Positions 10,070 through 16,743 of a DNA stretch of 64,000 nt are shown piece after piece. Each line of letters opens with the position of its first letter. The first letter of the stretch is position 1. Both the position numbers and the translations under genes were made by a program. The DNA is from Candidatus Aegiribacteria sp. MLS_C (GTDB lineage Bacteria > Fermentibacterota > Fermentibacteria > Fermentibacterales > JCC-6). Location: assembly GCA_002030045.1 (NCBI GenBank), contig LQBI01000031.1, positions 94,854 through 158,853 on the forward strand. Reading direction: 5' to 3'. Below the pieces are notes generated by a model that saw only the letters and a list, made by a program, of their open reading frames with translations, searched no databases and was not told where the DNA came from.

Positions 10070-10906
10070 CTAGATCTTGAGGAGTTTCAGCGTTTCCGAA
10101 CCGTTCTCATCGGATGCCACCACGAGGTAGCAGCCGCATGCAAGACCGGATCCGTCAATGGTCATCGAACCGGTCAGGGGTTGTTCCATCATGACCCTGC
10201 CGGACATGTCGTAGAGGATCATCGTACCGCTCTCGAAGCCGGAAGATGAGATTACCACGGTGGAGTTGAAGGGGTTCCGGTCCGCAGCCAGTGACCTGGC
10301 TGTCGAGGTTCCGCCTTCGCCGGAAACCCCGTTGTAAGTCTGGATGTATACCTGGACAAAACCGTTGTAGTTGCTGGCCAGAACGTCTGGAAGGCCATCC
10401 TCGTTCCAGTCGTCGATACAGAACCTGGCTCCGTAGTATCCCGTATTGATGATGGCCTCGTTCCCAGAGAAGGCCGGGTTGGCGTTGGTGCCGGTGTTCT
10501 CGTAGTAGTAGATGCTGTAATCATTCGCACCGCAGAGCAGGTCCTTCCTGCCGTCCATGTTCATGTCAAAGACCTGAGGGCAGTTCCTGTAGTGGCTGAT
10601 GTTGGTGCCGCTGCTCTGAAGAAGCGAATAGGAGTTGTAGACTGGGTCCGTGTCTATCGTGTCGTTGATGTATAATCTGACGGTGCCGTCCTGGGTCCCC
10701 AGCAGCAGGTCACGGTTCCCGTCCTCGTCCCAGTCGACGCAGACCGGTGCCGAATTGTAGCCCACGTCTATCGTTACACCGCCGCAAACGAGGTCGGCCT
10801 CCTTCGTCAGTGTGATGGGTGATTCCGATGTCCGGCGGTAGTAGTGGGTGTAGCCATTTCGGTCCCCTACTACTATGTCGAGCATACCGTCGTCGTTGTA
10901 GTCCAC
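10070..10906 (-). CDS. FG-GAP/VCBS-repeat secreted protein, C-terminal part with T9SS C-terminal sorting domain (continuous in frame with 10934-11233 across a TGA)
   Basis: Repeated DxDxDG modules (VDWDEDGNRDLLLG, FDMNMDGRKDLLCG, DDWNEDGLPDVLAS). The C-terminus LYDMSGRVM…GCYLVVASDENGSETLKLLKI resembles a Por/T9SS tail. Confidence 0.6.
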   Translation of the reverse strand: MDYNDDGMLDIVVGDRNGYTHYYRRTSESPITLTKEADLVCGGVTIDVGYNSAPVCVDWDEDGNRDLLLGTQDGTVRLYINDTIDTDPVYNSYSLLQSSGTNISHYRNCPQVFDMNMDGRKDLLCGANDYSIYYYENTGTNANPAFSGNEAIINTGYYGARFCIDDWNEDGLPDVLASNYNGFVQVYIQTYNGVSGEGGTSTARSLAADRNPFNSTVVISSSGFESGTMILYDMSGRVMMEQPLTGSMTIDGSGLACGCYLVVASDENGSETLKLLKI

Positions 10907-10933
10907 AACCTGTGGATTCGTTGAACCTGTGCA

Positions 10934-11233
10934 TCAACCGTACGCCATGGTGATGATCACACCATCAGCGTAGAGGTAGGAGAACGAATTGAAAACCGGA
11001 GAGGCATTGGTCCCTTCGTTCTTGTAGAACCTGATATAACCGCTTGCGAACTGACCCAGGATGAGGTCCTTGAGCCCGTCACCATCCCAGTCTGCGACAC
11101 AGGGAGAGCCATAGTAACCGACGTCTATGACCGTTCCGCTGCACTGTAGATTGTAGGGCGACTCAAAACTGAAGGACTGGGATAGGACCAGGGTCGGGAA
11201 CAGCAATAGCGCGAAAAACAGAACCTTGTACAT
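10934..11233 (-). CDS. FG-GAP-repeat protein, N-terminal part with signal peptide; terminated by an in-frame TGA (plus-strand tca 10934-10936)
   Basis: RBS AAGGGGGGA; signal peptide MYKVLFFALLLFPTLVLSQ; FG-GAP module ADWDGDGLKDLILG. The same reading frame continues past the TGA into the 10070-10906 ORF. Confidence 0.6.
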   Translation of the reverse strand: MYKVLFFALLLFPTLVLSQSFSFESPYNLQCSGTVIDVGYYGSPCVADWDGDGLKDLILGQFASGYIRFYKNEGTNASPVFNSFSYLYADGVIITMAYG

Positions 11234-11302
11234 GGAATCCCCCCTTCATGTAGATCGATACTGAATAATACATAGTGCTTTTCCAGAAACGCAAGTCCAT
11301 AA

Positions 11303-11332
11303 GAAAAGGGGCGGTTCCCACCGCCCCTTTCC
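11303..11332 (-). terminator. intrinsic terminator downstream of the 11353-12651 gene
   Basis: Perfect stem aaaggggcgg / ccgccccttt with a 6-nt loop; flanking T-rich runs on both strands. Confidence 0.55.
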
Positions 11333-11352
11333 GCTTTTCGGAGACCGCAGTC

Positions 11353-12651
11353 TCAGTCTATCAGGTCCCGTCTGCCTATCCAGCCGAGGTAACCGTCGCG
11401 GACGAAGCGCCAGTACCTGTTGAGTCTCCTGGGGACCGAACCCCTGTCCCAGTCGGTGGGCCTGAATACGTTGGGGTCCGGCACCACGAGGGAGCCGACA
11501 TAGGAACCCTCGCTGTAGACCTTGTCGATCTCGGCTGCGATGGTGTCTATGTCCTCCTCGGAGGCGACGCCGTTGGAAGTTGCCTTGTAGAATTGAACGG
11601 TGACCCGTATGGGGAAGCTGGGGTCCCTTTCGATCTCGAGATTGTCTATCTCGGTGAAAGGCCCTTCCAGCTCACCGTGGCCTATGACCGCGGCCTCGAC
11701 ATCTGATGACCTGGACTGGGCTGCTCCTGTGGCGACCATTGAGGCATCCTCGCAGCAGCAGACCTCATCGAACCATGTGCTCTGGGGATTGCTCTGCTTC
11801 AGCGGTATCTGTATCAGAAGGACCATGTTCAGGTTGCTCTCATCTGATATGTCCGAGGGATCACCGCCCTGCTGGGCGTACTGGGTCCTGAAGTCCGATA
11901 TCCTCTGGCCCGTAAGGCTGGCACGCTGGCCGTTCTCGTTGAAGAAGAGCCTCTGTCCCCAGCTCCAGGAGCCGGGAACGGCGTCCCTAGTGTTGTCTAT
12001 AACCGTGACGCTTGTTCCTTCGCGGGTCACCAGGATGGTGAGCACCGCAGGGTCGCCCTCGTAGGACTGGTAGTTGTAGAGCACCGGGTTGAAGGTGGCG
12101 TTCCCGCTCTGAGGTATCGGCAGGAAGACCGCCTGCGCACTCACCAGCACCACGCTGTCCCTGGGAGCCAGAAGACTGTGCTCGTCGGCCTCCCATGATT
12201 CCGGATCGTGAAGGTAGAACCTGATGTTATCAACGAAATCCGTGAGAGATACGGGAGCCAGGTCCTCACCTATCTCGTTCCCGACCAGCAGGTAGAAATC
12301 GTCGGGGTCCATGTCGGCCGAGAGGTCATGGAAGTTCGGGTACCTTATTACCGGCATGCATGTCAGGGTTGGGTATTCAGCCCCGTCATCGTAGCTGTGG
12401 ACCTGAATGGTCATGTCGGAGATGTTGGGCCCCCAGCAGGAGCCGTAGTACCGTCCGGTGTCCTCCCATGTGACGTTGACCACGTCCAGGCCGTGTTCGG
12501 AGGCCATCTGTGTGACCTTGCTGTCCCAGACCATTTCGGCCACCCGGTTGACCACCTCCCGGTAATCATCGTTGGCAGACCTACCCGGGCAGAAGTAGGC
12601 GGCGAATGAGACCGATACGATCATCATTGTTGCCATCGTGTTCATCAGCAT
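11353..12651 (-). CDS. hypothetical secreted protein (signal peptide), unknown family
   Basis: 432-aa ORF. N-terminal hydrophobic signal MLMNTMATMMIVSVSFAAYF. I recognise no conserved catalytic motif. Confidence 0.55.
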   Translation of the reverse strand: MLMNTMATMMIVSVSFAAYFCPGRSANDDYREVVNRVAEMVWDSKVTQMASEHGLDVVNVTWEDTGRYYGSCWGPNISDMTIQVHSYDDGAEYPTLTCMPVIRYPNFHDLSADMDPDDFYLLVGNEIGEDLAPVSLTDFVDNIRFYLHDPESWEADEHSLLAPRDSVVLVSAQAVFLPIPQSGNATFNPVLYNYQSYEGDPAVLTILVTREGTSVTVIDNTRDAVPGSWSWGQRLFFNENGQRASLTGQRISDFRTQYAQQGGDPSDISDESNLNMVLLIQIPLKQSNPQSTWFDEVCCCEDASMVATGAAQSRSSDVEAAVIGHGELEGPFTEIDNLEIERDPSFPIRVTVQFYKATSNGVASEEDIDTIAAEIDKVYSEGSYVGSLVVPDPNVFRPTDWDRGSVPRRLNRYWRFVRDGYLGWIGRRDLID

Positions 12652-12737
12652 TTCAATACCTCCAGGTTGACTGACTTATCGGAACCTTTCTTCACTGCTG
12701 TTACACGCCCCCCTGAATCTTATTCCATAGATCCGGA

Positions 12738-12760
12738 GACGGACCTTAATTCATCAGGGA
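12738..12760. promoter_or_regulatory. copy of the GACGGACCT(T/A)AATTCATCA motif shared with the 13.7-kb inverted repeat, about 90 bp upstream of the 11353-12651 gene start
   Basis: GACGGACCTTAATTCATCAGGGA differs at 2 of the first 19 nt from the inverted-repeat arm GACGGACCTAATTTCATCAAG. Confidence 0.3.
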
Positions 12761-12824
12761 ATTGACTCGAGCAGTGCGAAAGGGCTTACCGTTGAAAGAG
12801 AATGCCGGTGAAAAAGGAAGCGGC

Positions 12825-12850
12825 GGGAAGGATCCCGCCGCGTTACTTTA
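12825..12850 (-). terminator. intrinsic terminator downstream of the 12868-13635 gene
   Basis: Stem gcggcggga / tcccgccgc with loop agga; on the minus strand it is followed by ttccttttt. Confidence 0.5.
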
Positions 12851-12867
12851 TGAACTTGAGTCAGACC

Positions 12868-13635
12868 TTAGAGTACGTTGAAGAGCCTGAGAAAGTCTAT
12901 CAGCTGGTACTCGTAGGACAAGAGGTCGGCGCCGTCCGTAAAGACGCTGTCTATGTTGAGTTCGGCGTAGTGGTCATTGCTGAGCTGGACGAATACCCAG
13001 TCGAAGTCGGTTACCTGCACGGAGTCAACCCATTCGGTGGATCCCGGTTCGGGTGCGAGCCTGCCGTGAGCACCCCTTGGGCAGAGCTTGGTGTCATTGC
13101 CACCGGGGTAGTTCACCGGGTCGAAGTTTCCGGAGAACAGGTAGAGCATGTTGCCCACGGTATCAATGTAGACATCCTGGGCGAAGTCCATGGAGTCGGC
13201 GCAGCCAAGTCCCCAGCCGGTGCCGTTATCGTAGAATACGAGTCCGTTCGACTCGGTGCCCACGCGCATCTCCCTCTCGTTCAGTGCGGACTCGGCCCTG
13301 GTGTCCACCCTGTTGGAGAAGCCGGCGGAGTAGTTGAGCCCTTCGGAAGCCTTCACCTGATAGTATCCGGTGGTAGTAGCTATGTGAGCGTAGGTCGTAT
13401 CCTCCGAGATGAATTCGGACCATGAACCCGGCATCGTGGTGGCGAAGTAGATGTGGTAACCATCGACCGTTACATCGACAGCATCCCAGAATAGCACTAC
13501 CGTATCACCCCTGGATGCGTTCTCGTCGATCTGGAGGTTCTGCACGTCCGGAAGGGTCCCGGACGGCGTTGAAGGCTCGCTGGAACATGCGATGAGAAGG
13601 GCAAGGGCGGCTGAGACTACAAGGCACTTCTTCAT
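12868..13635 (-). CDS. lipoprotein, probable fibronectin-III-like fold, unknown function
   Basis: Signal peptide plus lipobox (LALLIACSS). The DGYHIYF…YYQVKA pattern suggests an FN3-like domain. Confidence 0.55.
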   Translation of the reverse strand: MKKCLVVSAALALLIACSSEPSTPSGTLPDVQNLQIDENASRGDTVVLFWDAVDVTVDGYHIYFATTMPGSWSEFISEDTTYAHIATTTGYYQVKASEGLNYSAGFSNRVDTRAESALNEREMRVGTESNGLVFYDNGTGWGLGCADSMDFAQDVYIDTVGNMLYLFSGNFDPVNYPGGNDTKLCPRGAHGRLAPEPGSTEWVDSVQVTDFDWVFVQLSNDHYAELNIDSVFTDGADLLSYEYQLIDFLRLFNVL

Positions 13636-13695
13636 ACGGTCTCCGTTCGATCAGTGATCCCATGTTTTCAACAACACAACAATATAACATAACAT

Positions 13696-13777
13696 AGGGA
13701 CGGACCTAATTTCATCAAGTTATTTCTGTATATGATTGATCGATGTCAAATAACTTGATGAAATTAGGTCCGTCCCT
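13696..13777. repeat. perfect 29-bp inverted repeat (arms 13696-13724 and 13749-13777, 24-nt AT-rich spacer) followed by a direct repeat of GGTCCGTCCCTGAA (13767-13780 and 13784-13797)
   Basis: AGGGACGGACCTAATTTCATCAAGTTATT and its exact reverse complement AATAACTTGATGAAATTAGGTCCGTCCCT are read directly. They lie in the divergent promoter region between the 12868-13635 gene and the dnaE2-like gene. Confidence 0.7.
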
Positions 13778-13814
13778 GAACTAGGTCCGTCCCTGAATGG
13801 TATTGATTTTGTGT

Positions 13815-13826
13815 GAACAAATGTTT
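13815..13826. promoter_or_regulatory. candidate LexA (Cheo-box-type, GAAC-N4-GTTY) SOS operator overlapping the dnaE2-like start region
   Basis: GAACAAATGTTT matches the GAACRNRYGTTY core 12 of 12. It sits 12-23 nt upstream of ATG 13838, within the near-palindrome TGTGAACAAATGTTTACA. Confidence 0.35.
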
Positions 13827-13837
13827 ACATATATGGC

Positions 13838-16714
13838 ATGGAATACATGATCGGTCCTCTGCGCAGCTGGTACTCCTTCCGGAGGGGAGTGGCATCACCG
13901 TCGGACCTGTCGTCGTCGTCGGCATCCAGGGGGTTCTCCTGCGGTCTGCTGGCCGATCTCGACGTCATGTGCGGTCAGCTGGAGTTCGCCGGAGCCTGCA
14001 GGAAGGAGGGGATCGCCGGTGCAGCCGGGGTCGATCTTGAGGTTTCGGGAACCAGGGCCGTATTCGCCGCCGGGGAAGGAGGCTGGGGACAGCTCTGCAC
14101 CCTCGTCACCTCGACACTGCTACCGGAGCGTATAGGTACCGGGGAGGCAATGGCCTCCACCGACCGCCTGACGGCCATAGTAGGGACTCCGTACGCCGCT
14201 ATGGAACTGCGTGAAGCCCGGGGTTTCGAAGGTGAGGTGCTGGTGGGCGTCCTTCCGGAGGAACTGTCCGGAGTCTCTCCCGCTATGGCTGAGAGGGATA
14301 TCGTAGAGACCGGCTGCAGTCCGGTGGCGGTGTGGCCGGTGATGTTCACCGGAGGGGAGCAGATAAGGACCCATAGAGTGCTTCGAAGGGGCTACCTGGC
14401 CATCGAGAAGAGGAGGCCGCTGCAGTCCGATTACGCGACGGAACACAGCATCATGCCTGATGCGGAAGCTTTCGGAAGGAGCTTCCTCGGGGCGGAGAGG
14501 GCCATCTCGGGGAACATGGCGCTGGCGGAAAGACTGGGTACGCTCCCGAGCACGGGGAACCGCCGACGGAAGAGGGTCCCGGAGGAAGAAGGGAAGCTTG
14601 CGGAGATCGCCGCCTCGAGGATCGGTACCGTCTATCAGGGAAGCGCGGCGGCGAATCACAGGATGGAGAAGGAGCTTGCGGCCATACTGGAGAACGGTCT
14701 CGCCGGGTACTTCCTGAGGTTCTTCGAGATAGTCGAGTACTGCAGGGAGCGGGGCATAGCCGTATCCGCGCGCGGTTCGGCGGCGGGCAGCATAGTGGCC
14801 TATCTACTGGGCATTTCCATCATCTGCCCCATCAAGCACGACCTGTCATTCTCCAGGTTCTTCAACGTGCTCAGGTCGAGCCCTCCGGACATAGACCTGG
14901 ACATAGACAGCTCGAGGAGAGAGCAGGTGCTTGACTGGTTCCTGAAGAGGTCCGGCAGGAGCGGGGCAGCCGTCTCGCAGACCGTCGCCCACAGGTCCAG
15001 GTCGGCGTTCAGGGTCGCGGCGTCGGGACTGGGGATCGGCAGTTCCGAGATGGATACACTCACGAAACTCCTCAGGTACCGTGACAACGGTGCCTGGAGG
15101 AGGCCGGAGGCACGGCTGGCGCTGGAGAGATCCCTTCTGCTGAGGGGACTGCCTTCGCATCTGGCCCCCCATCCCTGCGGAGTCGTGTGGACCCATGACC
15201 CCGTGGACACCTTTGTGCCGCTTCATCCAAGCGCCATGGGATGCCACATCACCCATTTCGACAAGGACGGGGTGGAGGAGATGGGGCTCCTCAAGATGGA
15301 CCTGCTCGGCCAGAGGGGTCTCACAGCGGTCTCCATGACCTGCTCGGTACTCGGACGGGAGCCCATGGAGGTGTTCCGAAGAGGAGGACGAATACTCGGG
15401 GGAGCCATGGAACTGCTGGACTCCGGCAGGACGATAGGAGTGGTGCACGTGGAGTCCCCCGCCATGAGGGGGCTGCTCAAAGAGATGCGGATACGCACGA
15501 TGGAGGACGTGGGACGGGCTCTGGCCCTGGTCAGGCCCGGTGCCGCCGCTGGAGGCGGAAGACGGAACTACATGGAGTGCCTCCACTCCGGGAGGATTCA
15601 GCAGGGCTGTCTTCCGGAACTCCGTCAGGTGCTTCGGGAGAACATGGGGGTCATGCTCTACCAGGAGGACGTGTCCAGGGCCGCCGAGGTGCTCCTGGGA
15701 CTGGACGAGGCATCTTCCGACCTGCTGAGGAGACAGCTGAAGAAGGGCAGCATACACGAGGAGCAGGTGATATCCATCTGCAGGAGGAGATGTATGGGGC
15801 CCCGGAAGGCAGCGGCGGTATGGGAGGTTCTTTCGGGGTACGCAGGCTACGGTTTCTGCAAGGCCCACGCCTTCACCTACGCCGCGGTTGCATGCGGAGC
15901 GGCGGCCCTCAAGGTAGAGAGTCCGGCCCTCTACATGGCCTCGGTGATGGCGGCGGGCGGCGGGTTCTACCCGTCCAGGGTCTACCTCGAGGAGGCGCGT
16001 CGAATGGGAGTAGAGTTCTCTCCTCCGGGGGTCAACACCGGCCGCTGGCTTACCTGCGAGATGGAGGGTCGTATAGTTCCAGGCTTCCACCATCTGAAAG
16101 GGATGGGGGCCGTTGAGTACGAGAGGCTGGAGGCCGGAAGGCCCTACCGTTATCCCTCGGAGGTCCTCTCCGCCGGATGCGGAATGTCCCTCTGCAGGAA
16201 CATGGCGGCAGCCGGCTGCTTCGGTGAGCTTGGCTTCTCCCCGCCGGAAGCTCTCATGCAACTGGAGGCTGGGGACGGGGGTTTCTTTCCCGGCATACCC
16301 CAGGGCACACCGCCACTGCCCGACTACAGCCGGGAGACCAGGCTGGCGATGGAGCTGGGACTGCTGGGCCTGCCCCTCTCGCAGAACCCTCTCGAGCTCC
16401 TGCAGCCTCCTCCAGGCACGGTGCCTCTGAAGGATGTCCCCGTGTCCGGCACCTTCGGAATGTGGGGCAGGTCTGTGACGACCAGAAGGCTGGAGGGTGG
16501 TTCCGGGTTCCTGATGATGGAGGACGCCACCGGAGTTGCGGATGTGTTCCTTCCCTCACCGCTCTTCGGCAGGGCGGAGTCCATTCTTGTCCGTCCGGAA
16601 GCTACCATTATAGTAAGGGGTAGGCTGGAGAGAGGGAGCAGGATCCGCGGCTTGTACGTCGAGACAGGTCCGCTGTGTCTGGGACCTCTCGAACCCGAGC
16701 CTCCCGAAGAATAG
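13838..16714 (+). CDS. dnaE2: error-prone DNA polymerase, DnaE2/ImuC-like (Pol III alpha family, degenerate PHP domain, no tau-binding C-terminus)
   Basis: Pol III alpha palm and finger motifs are present: GYFLRFFEIVEYCRERGIAVSARGSAAGSIVAYLLGI, PDIDLDID, HPCGVVW, ITHFDKDGVEEMGLLKMDLLGQRGLT, LVRPGAA, YQEDV, GYGFCKAHAFTYA, and an OB fold near the end. 958 aa, shorter than a replicative DnaE. Confidence 0.8.
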   Translation: MEYMIGPLRSWYSFRRGVASPSDLSSSSASRGFSCGLLADLDVMCGQLEFAGACRKEGIAGAAGVDLEVSGTRAVFAAGEGGWGQLCTLVTSTLLPERIGTGEAMASTDRLTAIVGTPYAAMELREARGFEGEVLVGVLPEELSGVSPAMAERDIVETGCSPVAVWPVMFTGGEQIRTHRVLRRGYLAIEKRRPLQSDYATEHSIMPDAEAFGRSFLGAERAISGNMALAERLGTLPSTGNRRRKRVPEEEGKLAEIAASRIGTVYQGSAAANHRMEKELAAILENGLAGYFLRFFEIVEYCRERGIAVSARGSAAGSIVAYLLGISIICPIKHDLSFSRFFNVLRSSPPDIDLDIDSSRREQVLDWFLKRSGRSGAAVSQTVAHRSRSAFRVAASGLGIGSSEMDTLTKLLRYRDNGAWRRPEARLALERSLLLRGLPSHLAPHPCGVVWTHDPVDTFVPLHPSAMGCHITHFDKDGVEEMGLLKMDLLGQRGLTAVSMTCSVLGREPMEVFRRGGRILGGAMELLDSGRTIGVVHVESPAMRGLLKEMRIRTMEDVGRALALVRPGAAAGGGRRNYMECLHSGRIQQGCLPELRQVLRENMGVMLYQEDVSRAAEVLLGLDEASSDLLRRQLKKGSIHEEQVISICRRRCMGPRKAAAVWEVLSGYAGYGFCKAHAFTYAAVACGAAALKVESPALYMASVMAAGGGFYPSRVYLEEARRMGVEFSPPGVNTGRWLTCEMEGRIVPGFHHLKGMGAVEYERLEAGRPYRYPSEVLSAGCGMSLCRNMAAAGCFGELGFSPPEALMQLEAGDGGFFPGIPQGTPPLPDYSRETRLAMELGLLGLPLSQNPLELLQPPPGTVPLKDVPVSGTFGMWGRSVTTRRLEGGSGFLMMEDATGVADVFLPSPLFGRAESILVRPEATIIVRGRLERGSRIRGLYVETGPLCLGPLEPEPPEE

Positions 16715-16743
16715 GACTGGATATCTGCTGGAAGGGATCGAAG

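Noticed and set aside
14846-16261. 471-aa minus-strand ORF inside the dnaE2-like gene
   Set aside because: Arg/Pro/Gly-rich antisense frame of a well-supported polymerase gene; a spurious high-GC ORF. The same reasoning applies to other long antisense or out-of-frame ORFs: 2349-3335, 16324-17400, 24437-25492, 28784-30115, 33524-34681, 34237-35451, 48770-50035 and 53201-54301.
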